From an uncultured Holophagales bacterium (GTDB lineage: Bacteria > Acidobacteriota > Thermoanaerobaculia > Multivoradales > UBA5704), in the NCBI GenBank assembly GCA_963741305.1, contig CAVUHL010000003.1, forward strand, positions 4,403,973-4,467,972: a stretch of 64,000 bases of DNA, written 5' to 3'. Position 1 is the stretch's first letter. Each line of letters opens with the position of its first letter. This document shows positions 9,831 through 19,229 of the stretch, piece by piece. The notes below the pieces were generated by a model that was not told the origin of the DNA, did not search any database, and worked only from the letters and a program-made list of their open reading frames with translations. The translations under genes were made by a program, and so were the position numbers.

Positions 9831-10745
9831 TCAGACCGCCTTGATCACCTCGAGCTCCCGGGCCTGCCCCTGGAACCGGACGTCCGGCGGGATCTGGCCC
9901 AGCTTCTTCGACAGGCCGAGCCTTCCCGAAGGGTACTGCGCCCAGACTTCCTCGGCGTGGTCGTTGTCCTTGGCGACCCCGTCTGGATACCGGGCTACGT
10001 GCCCATCCTCGAACCGGTCGACGACGAGCCGGTTGTTGAGCTTCGGCATGCGTCCGCCGGTGGCGTTGCCGAAGCCGATGCCCGCCTGGATCTGCCGCGC
10101 CAGCGCCGCGCCCGCGCGGTCCGGGGCTTCCAAGGTCAGGTCGAAGAACTTCGGACCGGTCTTGGAGATCACGTTGTCCTTCCCGCGGGTGATCATCTGG
10201 TGGATGACGTTGTTCACCTTGTCGGTGTTCGGATCGTCGCTCTCCTTGGAGCGGGCGCCGGGGAGCCAGACCTCGCCCCGCCGGGGACCGGACGCGATCT
10301 CGCCGAGCATGTTCAGGGTGGTGTGGAACTCGATCCAGTCCAGGACGAGCTGCTCCAGGTCCTTGTACTTGCCGCCCCGCGCGGCGAGGCGGTTGCTCGT
10401 GAGGCGCAGGCTCATGATGGCGCGCCACCAGATGGGGGCATGGCTCAGGGTCAGCGCCTCGTCCGTACCGCCGACGCACTGGTGCCCCTTTGCCAACTGG
10501 CCCTCGAAAAGCTGGATGGTCCCCTGGAGCGACTGCGCCGCCTTGCCCGGATCCGGCTGGACGAAGTGGTAGAAGGCGATCCGGTTTGCCCAGCGCTCCG
10601 TCTTCTGATTGGGGGTCCCGCCCCCCTTCTCGATGTCGACGACCTGCGGGTTCGGCATCGTGCCGTTGAGGTGGAACTGCACCGTGTTCTCGCCCAGAGC
10701 ACGGTTCAACTGCTTGCCCGCCTGCGGATCGGGTGGCTCGTTCAT
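9831..10745 (-). CDS. Hypothetical protein
   Basis: 304-aa ORF with balanced composition. Lies 58 bp downstream of, and co-directional with, the kinase-like gene. No family recognised. Confidence 0.4.
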   Translation of the reverse strand: MNEPPDPQAGKQLNRALGENTVQFHLNGTMPNPQVVDIEKGGGTPNQKTERWANRIAFYHFVQPDPGKAAQSLQGTIQLFEGQLAKGHQCVGGTDEALTLSHAPIWWRAIMSLRLTSNRLAARGGKYKDLEQLVLDWIEFHTTLNMLGEIASGPRRGEVWLPGARSKESDDPNTDKVNNVIHQMITRGKDNVISKTGPKFFDLTLEAPDRAGAALARQIQAGIGFGNATGGRMPKLNNRLVVDRFEDGHVARYPDGVAKDNDHAEEVWAQYPSGRLGLSKKLGQIPPDVRFQGQARELEVIKAV

Positions 10746-10803
10746 ACTCCCTCCTTTACGCCCGTTAGACGTACGGTACAGGAGAATTCCTCACCTGAGG
10801 AGC

Positions 10804-12699
10804 TTATAGCCCACGCCGCAGCCGATGCGCGTAGAGGTCCGCCCTCTTCCGCAGTGCCTCCGCTTCCTTTGCGTCCATCCCTTCCACTGCCTGCGCCGCG
10901 AGCGTGTAGTACCCAAGTTGGAACGCCAGGTAGGCCTGGGTGTAGAACCGGAGCTGGTCGGCCGGCGTCTTGACCCGGCGGGAGCGCTCCACCTGCTCCA
11001 GGAGACGGCCCCGCTCCTCGTCTGACAGCTCCAGCTCCACGACCGCGCCAGCCAGGTCCCAGGCAGGGTCCTGCGCTCCAATGAGGTCGTTGGAGGCGTA
11101 GTGGTCGAGGGCATCGGCCTTCCAGACCTTCCCGTCCGGGGTCACCAGCCACTCCCAGGCGTGCATCCGGTTGTCCGTGAGGACCGGCCGGGCCAGGGAG
11201 GATAGCTCCGGCAGGCGCTCGCGCCAGGAGCCGAGGGGCTCGGCGGCCTGCTTGCCCAGGGCTTGCTCGACGTTGAAGGCCGCCATCTCCAGCAGCTTCT
11301 CGGGAGAGGCGCCGACCGTGCCGGGCAGCTTCCGCGCCCGGAAGGAGATGTAGCGGGCTACCCGGTCGAGCAGCGCCTCGCGGTCCACATCCGGAACGAG
11401 CGGCAGCGGCTTGGCATCCTCCAGCCAGGGGCTGACCAGGAAGCCGTGCCGCAGCCCGGTGACAGGCAGCGTGAAGCCCCCCTTCTCCAGCTCGGAGGCC
11501 AGCTCCAGCTTCTCCCGCCCGTAGCGCCCCAGGCCGGCGAACTTCAGCAGCCAGGTCTTGCCTCCCGCTTTCAGCAGGTACTTGCGCCGCTCCTGTTGCA
11601 GGTGCGCGGGCGGGCGTGACGCCTTCTTGTTCTTGGGGAACACCCGATCCCGCCAGCGGCCCGCCCCGATGTCTTCGAGCGGACCCTCGGCCGGGCCGGT
11701 GAGGTCCTCGACCCAGCGCTGCAGCGACCAGGGAGAGCCGGAACCGAGGAACATCTCCTCGAACTCCACTACGTACTTGCGCGCGGTCTCCCAACGCTCC
11801 CGGTGCCGCTCGCTCGCATGGGGTCCGAGCGGGCCGCGGTGGCTCGGGAGGAACACGATCTGCTCCTGCGATACGCCGTGCTCCTCCAGCCAGTCAGCCA
11901 TGGCGCCGAAAGAGCTGCCCGACAGCCCCGGCCCCTCGTCCGCCACCGCGAACAGCGGCCGGCGCGTGCCCGTGGCGTCCGCGGCGACCAGGAGCTTGCC
12001 CGTCATCCGCTCGCCGATCGACAGCGTGCGCGCGAACGGATGCCCCCCGGGGCGTACGCTCGCCGAGGTCTCCCCCTTGCCCGCCGCCGCCACCACCGCC
12101 GCCAGGCTCGTGCCGATGCTGCGGATGCCGATCACCCGCAACGACCCGGCCCATTCCTCCCGCAGCTGCTCGCCCGCGCGCAAATACATTTCCGGGTAGA
12201 CCCCGTAGAACGCATAGCCCTCGGGCACCACCACCTCGATCTCCTGCGGGATCCGCGCCGTGCCCAGCTTCCGCAACGCGCGCTGAGCGCTGCCCACCCC
12301 GACCAGCGGCGGCGCGGCCCCCTTCCTCCCCTCCCAGGCGGGGAGCTGGCCCGCGAAGCGGAACGACCAGAGCAGCGCCTCCGCGGTCCCGCGGGTCAGG
12401 TCCGCGGACAATTGCCCCACCGGCGTCGGCCTTTCGCGTCCGAGCATCTCGAGCTGATCGTCGAGCAGCCCCTGCTCCAACTCCCCGGCCTCCACCAACA
12501 GCTCCACGATCTCGGCATGCCGTTCGATGCCGGGAGCCATCCCCTCCAAAGCCGTCAGGCCGGAGCGGATACGCTCCAACTTGGCTTCCGTGTCTTCATT
12601 TCGCTTCAGGTCTCCGTAAACGATCATTTGTCCCTCGTTAGAGAGCAAGAGCCGTACCCGATGAATTCGTTCTTCTCGATCACTTGACATGTCAACCAT
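10804..12699 (-). CDS. Large hypothetical protein with C-terminal protein-kinase-like (APH/choline-kinase type) phosphotransferase domain
   Basis: C-terminal segment HAWEWLV...DALDHYASNDLIGAQDPAWDLAGA resembles the catalytic-loop and D-x-x-x-x-DLA motifs of the APH/ChoK/CotS kinase fold. N-terminal half unassigned. Confidence 0.45.
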   Translation of the reverse strand: MVDMSSDREERIHRVRLLLSNEGQMIVYGDLKRNEDTEAKLERIRSGLTALEGMAPGIERHAEIVELLVEAGELEQGLLDDQLEMLGRERPTPVGQLSADLTRGTAEALLWSFRFAGQLPAWEGRKGAAPPLVGVGSAQRALRKLGTARIPQEIEVVVPEGYAFYGVYPEMYLRAGEQLREEWAGSLRVIGIRSIGTSLAAVVAAAGKGETSASVRPGGHPFARTLSIGERMTGKLLVAADATGTRRPLFAVADEGPGLSGSSFGAMADWLEEHGVSQEQIVFLPSHRGPLGPHASERHRERWETARKYVVEFEEMFLGSGSPWSLQRWVEDLTGPAEGPLEDIGAGRWRDRVFPKNKKASRPPAHLQQERRKYLLKAGGKTWLLKFAGLGRYGREKLELASELEKGGFTLPVTGLRHGFLVSPWLEDAKPLPLVPDVDREALLDRVARYISFRARKLPGTVGASPEKLLEMAAFNVEQALGKQAAEPLGSWRERLPELSSLARPVLTDNRMHAWEWLVTPDGKVWKADALDHYASNDLIGAQDPAWDLAGAVVELELSDEERGRLLEQVERSRRVKTPADQLRFYTQAYLAFQLGYYTLAAQAVEGMDAKEAEALRKRADLYAHRLRRGL

Positions 12700-12712
12700 T
12701 CACGCGTAGATT
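12684..12712 (+). promoter_or_regulatory. Sigma70-type promoter (TTGACA-N17-TAGATT) overlapping a palindromic operator TTGACATGTCAA; probable MarR autoregulation site
   Basis: -35 TTGACA at 12684-12689, 17-nt spacer, -10 TAGATT at 12707-12712. The -35 box sits inside the perfect 12-bp palindrome TTGACATGTCAA. A related motif GTTGACAGATCAAC lies upstream of yceI at ~13236. Confidence 0.5.
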
Positions 12713-12809
12713 AGCACACGTGAGCGAACGAGAGAGCCGCCGAGAGAGCGCAATTCAGCGTGAAATCCAGCAGACGAGGCCGTTCCGGTCCTTGAGCCAG
12801 GAGGGAGTC

Positions 12810-13211
12810 GTGGCCCTGCTCCGCACGGCGGACGTGGTCCGCCGCTACATCGCCCGGGTCCTGGAGCCGTACGGGATCACGCCGCAGCAGTTCAACGTGC
12901 TGCGCATCCTCCGCGGCGCCGGCCCTGATGGCACCCCGACCCTGACCATTGCCGAGCGGATGATCGAGGAGGCGCCAGGCATCACCCGGCTCCTCGATCG
13001 CCTGGAGATCAAGGGAATGGTGCGCCGGCAGCGCTGCCCCGAGGACCGCCGCCAGGTCCTCTGCCATGCCACGCCCCAGGCGCTCGACCTGCTGGGCAGG
13101 ATCGACGGGGCGATGAACGAGGCCGATGAGGCCTCACTGGGAACGCTCTCCGAGGAAGACAAGGCGCAGCTCATCCGCCTGCTGGACGCCGTCCGCAGCA
13201 GTCACGCATAG
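12810..13211 (+). CDS. MarR-family transcriptional regulator
   Basis: Winged-HTH region TPQQFNVLRILRGAGPDGTPTLTIAERMIE...DRLEIKGMVRR. Start uncertain; I favour GTG 12810 with GGAGG 5 nt upstream. The ORF is open from TTG 12684, but the predicted promoter lies inside that extension. Confidence 0.65.
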   Translation: MALLRTADVVRRYIARVLEPYGITPQQFNVLRILRGAGPDGTPTLTIAERMIEEAPGITRLLDRLEIKGMVRRQRCPEDRRQVLCHATPQALDLLGRIDGAMNEADEASLGTLSEEDKAQLIRLLDAVRSSHA

Positions 13212-13277
13212 CACGCTTAAAAAAATTTGCACAGGTAGTTGACAGATCAACCGTTGCAAGATCAAGGAGATGAACCA

Positions 13278-13892
13278 ATGAGTCGCAAAAATATCACCGC
13301 CGCGCTGTTCGCCGCTGTCCTGACCACGATGCCCGTGCTCGCCGCCGAGGTGCACAACATCGACGCGAGCCATTCCGAGGTGTCGTTCCAGCTCCGCCAC
13401 CTGGTGACCCAGGTCCGCGGCAACTTCAACGACTACGAGGGGACGATCAACCTCGACCCGGCCAACCTCGAGAAGTCCAGCGTCGATTTCCGGATCAAGG
13501 CCACGAGCATCGACACCAACAACGCGGACCGCGACAAGCACCTCCGCGGCGAAGACTTCTTCTTCGTCGAGAAGTTCCCGGAGATCACCTTCAAGAGCAA
13601 GAGCATCAAGAAGGCCGACAAGGACACCTACGACGTCGCCGGAACTTTGACGATGCGCGGGGTGGCCAAGGAAGTGACGCTGCCCGTGACCTACCTGGGC
13701 GCGGTCAAGGATCCCTGGGGCAACCAGAAGGCCGGCTTCGCCACCGAGGTGACCCTCAACCGCAAGGACTACGGCATCAACTGGAACGCCGCCCTCGACA
13801 ACGGCGGGTTCGTCCTTAGCGACGAGGTGAAGGTCTCCATCAACCTGGAGACGCAGCAGAAGAAGGAAGCCGCGGCCGCCAAGGGCAAGTAA
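13278..13892 (+). CDS. YceI-family periplasmic polyisoprenoid-binding protein
   Basis: ATG 13278 with AAGGAG 8 nt upstream. Signal peptide. Conserved YceI blocks (HSEVSFQLRHL, GTLTMRGVAKEVTLP). Likely operon with marR. Confidence 0.8.
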   Translation: MSRKNITAALFAAVLTTMPVLAAEVHNIDASHSEVSFQLRHLVTQVRGNFNDYEGTINLDPANLEKSSVDFRIKATSIDTNNADRDKHLRGEDFFFVEKFPEITFKSKSIKKADKDTYDVAGTLTMRGVAKEVTLPVTYLGAVKDPWGNQKAGFATEVTLNRKDYGINWNAALDNGGFVLSDEVKVSINLETQQKKEAAAAKGK

Positions 13893-13935
13893 GCAGATTC
13901 CGTCCGCGCTCCGCGCGCGTGCGTTCCATATAAAG

Positions 13936-13972
13936 ATAGAGCCGGGGCGGCCGCCGCCCCGGCTCTTCTGCC
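13936..13972 (+). terminator. Stem-loop terminator downstream of yceI
   Basis: GAGCCGGGGCGGC-CGC-CGCCCCGGCTC forms a ~12-bp GC stem, followed by TTCT. Confidence 0.45.
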
Positions 13973-14005
13973 GTACAATCGGCCTACCCGCTTTCGGGGT
14001 CTCTC

Positions 14006-15067
14006 ATGGCCGAGCTCAAGTACTCCGACCTCCTGCTTTCGGTGACCGTACCGGCCGCCCTCGCCGCAGCTCGCCCGGCCAGTTCCCGCCATCAGCCCGT
14101 TGCCGCCCGGATGCTGCACGTCACCAACGGCGACATCGCTGCCGATCTGATCCGAGAGGCAGAGATCCAAGGCGACATCACCCTCTCGGCCGACGTGCTC
14201 CACGAAGGGCCGGCGCCGGCGGGGTTGCAGCCTGAGCGCTGGCGCAAGGTGCGCGCCCGCTACCTCGCCGAGTGCGGCTATGCGGATTACGACCGCTGCC
14301 TCGCCGACCTCACCAAGTGGGACCACAAGCTGGAGGGCTACCGCAACTACGACGAGGTGGTGCTCTGGTTCGAGCACGACCTGTTCGACCAGCTCCAGCT
14401 CCTGCGCCTGCTCGACTGGTTCGGCTCGCGCGATCTCACCCTCATCGGCCGCGGCCGGCTCAGCCTGATCCGTACCGATGATTTCCTCGGCGAGCTCACG
14501 CCGGAGCAGATGGCCTCCCTCCTGCCCGAGCGCCAGCCGGTCACGGACCATCAGGTCTTCCTCGCCCGCCATGCCTGGCGGGCCTTCTGCTCTCCCGAGC
14601 CCATCGGCGTCGAAGTGGCCCTGCGGCGCGACACCTCCGCCCTCCCCTTCCTCGCCGACGCCCTCCGCCGCCACCTGGAAGAGTTCCCCTGGACCCGGGA
14701 CGGTCTCTCCCGCACCGAGCGCCAGGCCCTGCTGGGCCTCGACGCCGGCTTCGAGACCTTCGAGTCGCTCTTCCGCGCAGTCCAGGCCCTGGAGAAGAGC
14801 CCCTACCAGGGGGATACCTCCTTCTTCCACTGCCTGCGGGGGCTCGCCTCCCCGCCCATGCCCCTGATCCGCCTGGAGGCGGGGCCCGGAGGCTCCATCC
14901 GCAATCAGAGGATCTCCCTCACCGCCACCGGTCGCGACGTGCTCGCCGCACGGGAAGACTGGGTCCGCCTTCACGGCATCGACCGCTGGCTGGGTGGCGT
15001 CCACCTCCACGGGCGGCAGGCGCAGTGGCGCTGGGACGGCGAGCACGCCCGGCTCGCTCCCGGGTAG
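14006..15067 (+). CDS. DUF1835 + DUF3658 domain protein
   Basis: MLHVTNGD motif typical of the DUF1835 N-terminus. That Met is at 14111, so the true start may be 14111 rather than 14006. Confidence 0.55.
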   Translation: MAELKYSDLLLSVTVPAALAAARPASSRHQPVAARMLHVTNGDIAADLIREAEIQGDITLSADVLHEGPAPAGLQPERWRKVRARYLAECGYADYDRCLADLTKWDHKLEGYRNYDEVVLWFEHDLFDQLQLLRLLDWFGSRDLTLIGRGRLSLIRTDDFLGELTPEQMASLLPERQPVTDHQVFLARHAWRAFCSPEPIGVEVALRRDTSALPFLADALRRHLEEFPWTRDGLSRTERQALLGLDAGFETFESLFRAVQALEKSPYQGDTSFFHCLRGLASPPMPLIRLEAGPGGSIRNQRISLTATGRDVLAAREDWVRLHGIDRWLGGVHLHGRQAQWRWDGEHARLAPG

Positions 15068-15108
15068 GGGTGAGAAATAACCCCCCGCCGGGGAACGTTT
15101 TTCAGAAT

Positions 15109-16269
15109 ATGAACCATCTGCGCGCCATAGGTGTGCTCCTCATACTGCTCGCGGCTCCTTCTGCCCAGGCTCAGCCGGCGTCCATCCTCCATGACCCCGT
15201 GTTCCAGGACGAGGCGCGGCTCGGCCTCAAGTACATGTACGACATGGACTTCGGCGCCGCGGACGAGGTTTTCGGACGGCTGACCGCGCGCTACCCCGAT
15301 CACCCGGTGGGTCCTTACCTGCAGGCGATGCTCCCCTGGTGGGCTATCCAGCTCGAGCCGGAAGACCCATCCCAGGACGAGCGCGTCTTCGACGGCATGG
15401 AGCGGGTCATCGACCTTTCCGAGCGGCGGCTCAAGAAGAATCCCGCCGATCCGGACGCCCTTTTCTTCAAGTCGGGCGCCCACGCCCTGCGTGGAAGGCT
15501 CCACGCCGACCGGCGGCACTGGCTCAAAGCCGCCCGCGACGGCCAGCAATCGCTCACCGCCCTGAAGGAAGTCGTCAAGCGCGATCCGGACAACCACGAC
15601 CTCTACTTCGGGCTCGGCCTGTTCGACTACCTGGCCGACGTGGTGCCCAAGCAGCACAAGATCCTGCGTCCGTTCTCCCGCCTCTTCCCCAAGGGGAACA
15701 AGGACCGGGGGATCACCGAGCTCGAGCGCGCCATGACAAAGGGCCAGTTCGTCGCGACCGAGGCGGCCTACTCGCTGCTCCAGGTGCACTACGTCTTCGA
15801 AAAGGACTACCAGGCGAGCCTGCGTTACGCCCTCTGGCTGCGCGCCCGGCATCCGGACAACTCGATCTTTCACGTCTATGAGGGCCGGATTTACGAACGG
15901 CTGGGGCGCTTCCGCGAAGCGGCGAGGGTGTTCCAGGAAGTCCGGGGCCGCCACGCCAAGGGGCAGAGCGGCTATACCGACGCGATGGCCGAGCAGGCCC
16001 TCTACCTGCTGGCCCGGGTGGAGATGTGGCAGAGCCGGAACAACGAGGCGCTCGCCTACATCGAGCAGCTCGAGCGGCTCACGGCCACCCGTCCGGCTGT
16101 TACGGAGTACAGGGCGCTCGGCCGCCTGCGCAAGGGCATGGTCCTCGACGCCATGGGCCGCCGGCAGGACGCGATGCGCTGCTACCGTGACGTGCTGTCG
16201 ATGAAGGGCGGAGACAGCACCATCCGCAGCCGGGCGAAGACCTTCCTCAGGAAGCCGTATCGGAGCTAG
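15109..16269 (+). CDS. Secreted tetratricopeptide-repeat (TPR) protein
   Basis: Signal peptide MNHLRAIGVLLILLAAPSAQA, followed by helical repeat architecture. Confidence 0.6.
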   Translation: MNHLRAIGVLLILLAAPSAQAQPASILHDPVFQDEARLGLKYMYDMDFGAADEVFGRLTARYPDHPVGPYLQAMLPWWAIQLEPEDPSQDERVFDGMERVIDLSERRLKKNPADPDALFFKSGAHALRGRLHADRRHWLKAARDGQQSLTALKEVVKRDPDNHDLYFGLGLFDYLADVVPKQHKILRPFSRLFPKGNKDRGITELERAMTKGQFVATEAAYSLLQVHYVFEKDYQASLRYALWLRARHPDNSIFHVYEGRIYERLGRFREAARVFQEVRGRHAKGQSGYTDAMAEQALYLLARVEMWQSRNNEALAYIEQLERLTATRPAVTEYRALGRLRKGMVLDAMGRRQDAMRCYRDVLSMKGGDSTIRSRAKTFLRKPYRS

Positions 16270-17551
16270 GCTCCGGCCGCCTCCGCATCGCGTACAACCC
16301 CAACCCCACCACCACCGCGATCGCTCCGGCGATCAGGTGCCGCGGCTCGGCACTGGCCGCAAAAACTACGCAAAGGAGCAGGGCGGCGATCGGAATGACC
16401 GGCCCGCCCGGGGTCCTCACGATGTTCGGCGCGTCCGGGAACTTGCGCCGCAGCTTCAGCACCGCCGCGGCCGTGCCGAAGTAGGTGGCGAGCCGCGCTA
16501 TCACCGACAGCGTGGCGAGTTGGGTGAACGATCCGGACAACGCAAGCGGCAGCGCGATCGCCGTCTGCGCCAGGATCGCCACCGTCGGGGTCCTGAAGCG
16601 CGGATGGATGTAGGTCAGCGCGCGGGGGCCGAAGCCGTCAGCGGCCAGGGCCCAGAGGTAGCGCGGCCCGGCCAGCACCGTGTTGCTGTTCGTCCCCAGG
16701 ATCGAGAGCACCGCGCCCACGGTCAGCAGCAACCCTCCCCATCCCCCGAGGAAGATCTGCGCGGCGTCGGCCAGCGGCGTCTTGGACTCGACCAGGTTCG
16801 GCAGCGTGCCGAGCGCCACCCACTGCACCGCCGTGTAGATCAGCGTCACGATCGTGATGTTCGCGACCAGGGCGAAAGGGATGTCCCGGCGCGGGTTCTT
16901 GAACTCGCCGGCGGGCGCGGCCGTGTTCTCGAACCCGGCGTAGGCGAAGAGCAGGAGCAGGGCCGCCCCGCCCAGCGTGCCGCTGCGCTCGGTCGGCTGC
17001 GTGGCGAGCGTCCGCGAGACGTAGAAGATCCCAATGCCAATGAACATCAGGAGCGGCACGATCTTCGCCACGGCCAGGAAGACCGCCGTGCGCACCCCCG
17101 ACTTGACGCCGACCAGGTTGATTGCAGTCAGGACGAGCAGCGGCAGAACGATCGCCAGCATCTGCCCGGTGGTGCCCTCCTTGGTCTTCATCGCCAGGGA
17201 GAAGCCAACCGAGAGCGAGGCCACCGACGACACCCGCGCCAGCCAGGTCATCCACCCCACCTCGAACCCAATCAGGTCGCCGAACGCCTCCCGCGTATAA
17301 AGGTAGGCGCCGCCGGGACGGTCGAAGTAGCTCCCCGCCTCCGCGAAGCAGAGCACCAGCAGCGCCACCGCGAAGCCGGCCAGGACCACCGCCCAAACGC
17401 TGGTCGGACCGAGGACCGCCGCCGCCGCCGCCGGCAGCAGGTATACGCCGCTGCCGATCACGTCGTTGAGCGAAAAGGCGACGATCTCCCAGCGCGACAC
17501 CGCGCGCCGGAAGCCGACGTTAGTTACAGGGCTAACGATCTCGGACATGGC
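16247..17551 (-). CDS. Amino acid permease (APC superfamily)
   Basis: 12 predicted TM helices with the APC signature region (SLNDVIGSGVYLLP...). ATG at 17551 lies 4 nt downstream of the MFS gene's stop. Confidence 0.8.
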   Translation of the reverse strand, partial: AMSEIVSPVTNVGFRRAVSRWEIVAFSLNDVIGSGVYLLPAAAAAVLGPTSVWAVVLAGFAVALLVLCFAEAGSYFDRPGGAYLYTREAFGDLIGFEVGWMTWLARVSSVASLSVGFSLAMKTKEGTTGQMLAIVLPLLVLTAINLVGVKSGVRTAVFLAVAKIVPLLMFIGIGIFYVSRTLATQPTERSGTLGGAALLLLFAYAGFENTAAPAGEFKNPRRDIPFALVANITIVTLIYTAVQWVALGTLPNLVESKTPLADAAQIFLGGWGGLLLTVGAVLSILGTNSNTVLAGPRYLWALAADGFGPRALTYIHPRFRTPTVAILAQTAIALPLALSGSFTQLATLSVIARLATYFGTAAAVLKLRRKFPDAPNIVRTPGGPVIPIAALLLCVVFAASAEPRHLIAGAIAVVVGLGLYAMRRRPEPSSDTAS

Positions 17552-17552
17552 T

Positions 17553-18746
17553 TCAAACCTCGATCCGCGTGCCCACCGTCTCGGGCAGGGTCCATACCCA
17601 GGCACCCGCCAGGACGGCGAAACCGGCGGCCAGCGCAATACCGCCCGCCAGGCCCCAACGGCCTGCCACGGCGGCGATGACAAAAGGCGTCGCGAACTGC
17701 ACGCCGCGGGTGACGTTCATGATCACGGACATCGCCGCACCCCGCACACGGGTGGGGAACAGCTCCGAAAAATAGGGGCCGTAGCAGGACCAGGTACCCG
17801 TCCCGACCCCGGCGACGAGCATGGAAGCGAGCCCAAGCGCGGAGCTTGAGGCCACCGCATCCGAGAGCAGCAGGGCCAATCCCAGAGCGGTCACGGCACA
17901 GTAGGCCGCGAAAGCCGGACGGCGGCCGATCCGGTCCGAGACCCAGCCGAAAGTCAGATACCCGGTAACCGATCCCGCCACGAAGGCGAGCGTCCACCAG
18001 CCTGAGGCGAAGATGGACAATCCCCTCTGCTCCTGAAGGTACCGGGGCAGCCACACCACCGCGAACCAGTAGGCCGACATGTTGAGCGCGGTCAGCAGGA
18101 AGGCGCGGCTGAACAGCCCGGCCATGTCGCCTGCCACGAGCTGCGCCAGGATCGGCCCCCGCCGTGGCTCCTGCTCGCGCCGGCGGCGGTGCTCCAGCCA
18201 GATGTCCGACTCGGGCAGCCGGCGCCAGAGGAAGACGACCACGATCGGCAGGGCCGAGGCCAGGAAGACCGTGCGCCAGCCGAGCGTGGGGGCCAGGAAC
18301 GAGCCGACGACCGCGGCCAGCCCCAATCCGGCCGGCGCGCCGCTCTGAGCCAGGGCGCCATAGCGTCCACGCAGAGCGGGCGGGATCGTCTCCCCGAGCA
18401 TCGCCTGCCCCGCCCCCCAGGCGCCGCCGATGCCCAGACCGGCCAGGGCGCGGGCCAGGATCAGCATCCCCAGGTCCGAGGACAGGCCGCACAGCGCGTT
18501 GCCGATCGAGAACGCCGCGATGGATACCGCCATCGAAAGCCGCCGCCCGAGCCTGTCGCTCATCCAGCCGAAGAGCAGGCCGCCGACTCCGGTCATGCCC
18601 ACGCCCACGGCGGTCAAAAGCGGCAGGTCCTCCTTCGCCAGGCCAAGCCCTTCCTGGATCGGCTTCAGGAGGAAGGAGAGCAGCATCAGGGAGTAGAAGC
18701 CGGTGCACCAGGCAGCCCAGGCGAAGGCGAGGATCCCCCGGTGCAT
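17553..18746 (-). CDS. MFS transporter
   Basis: 12-TM architecture with MFS motif A (GWMSDRLGRR; second copy GWVSDRIGRR). Likely start MHRGILAFAW at 18746. The longer upstream ORF extension runs into repeats and is rejected. Confidence 0.75.
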   Translation of the reverse strand: MHRGILAFAWAAWCTGFYSLMLLSFLLKPIQEGLGLAKEDLPLLTAVGVGMTGVGGLLFGWMSDRLGRRLSMAVSIAAFSIGNALCGLSSDLGMLILARALAGLGIGGAWGAGQAMLGETIPPALRGRYGALAQSGAPAGLGLAAVVGSFLAPTLGWRTVFLASALPIVVVFLWRRLPESDIWLEHRRRREQEPRRGPILAQLVAGDMAGLFSRAFLLTALNMSAYWFAVVWLPRYLQEQRGLSIFASGWWTLAFVAGSVTGYLTFGWVSDRIGRRPAFAAYCAVTALGLALLLSDAVASSSALGLASMLVAGVGTGTWSCYGPYFSELFPTRVRGAAMSVIMNVTRGVQFATPFVIAAVAGRWGLAGGIALAAGFAVLAGAWVWTLPETVGTRIEV

Positions 18747-18829
18747 CCGGGTGGGACGCTCGTGATCGCTGAGGCGCGCGGGGGCCGTCGTTTCGAGCAA
18801 GCGGGAAGATCCTAACAGCACCGAGCCTG

Positions 18830-19098
18830 GCGCGTTGCGTTTGCAGGACGGCACGCTCCGTTTGGAGCCTGACGCGCTGCATTTGGAGCATGGTGCGCTC
18901 CGTTTGGAGAATGGCGCGCTCCGTTTGCAGGATGGCGCGCTGCATTTGGAGCGTGGCGTGCTCCCTTTGTAGGCTGGCGCGCTGCGTTTGGAGCGTGGCA
19001 AGCTGCGTTTGGAGGATGGCGCGCTGCAATTGGAGGATGCCATCCCCCATTTGCCGGATGCCATCCTGCGTTTGCCGGATGCCGCGCCGCAGTGGAGC
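18830..19098. repeat. Degenerate tandem array of ~13 copies of a 21-bp unit (GCGCGCTCCGTTTGGAGnnTG), each unit with a CTCCGTTTGGAG hairpin
   Basis: TTTGGA/TTTGCA recurs at exactly 21-bp spacing for ~270 bp. Lies in the divergent intergenic region between the MFS gene (minus) and the SBP gene (plus). Confidence 0.8.
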
Positions 19099-19229
19099 AT
19101 CTACGTTGCCTCTCCAAGTGACGAGGGCCGTTTCAAAATACTTGCAGTAGCTGATTCCTCACCTCGAGGGGTGCCACGCGGGACCATTCGCGGTATCCTA
19201 GAGGCACACAAAGTCAGTCAGGAGGTGGC

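Noticed and set aside
9957-10973. 338-aa plus-strand ORF overlapping the 304-aa hypothetical and the kinase-like gene
   Set aside because: Composition heavily skewed (Ala/Arg/Gly/Leu/Pro) and antisense to better-behaved ORFs. Considered a shadow.
16337-19100. Long alternative-frame ORFs (16337..17680 +, 16638..17396 -, 17524..19050 -, 18164..18815 +) over the APC and MFS genes, including the N-terminal 118-aa extension of the MFS ORF
   Set aside because: Arg/Pro/Gly-rich translations without domains. The MFS extension runs into the 21-bp repeat (heptad artefact LQTERAI), and the real start is at MHRGILAFAW (18746).
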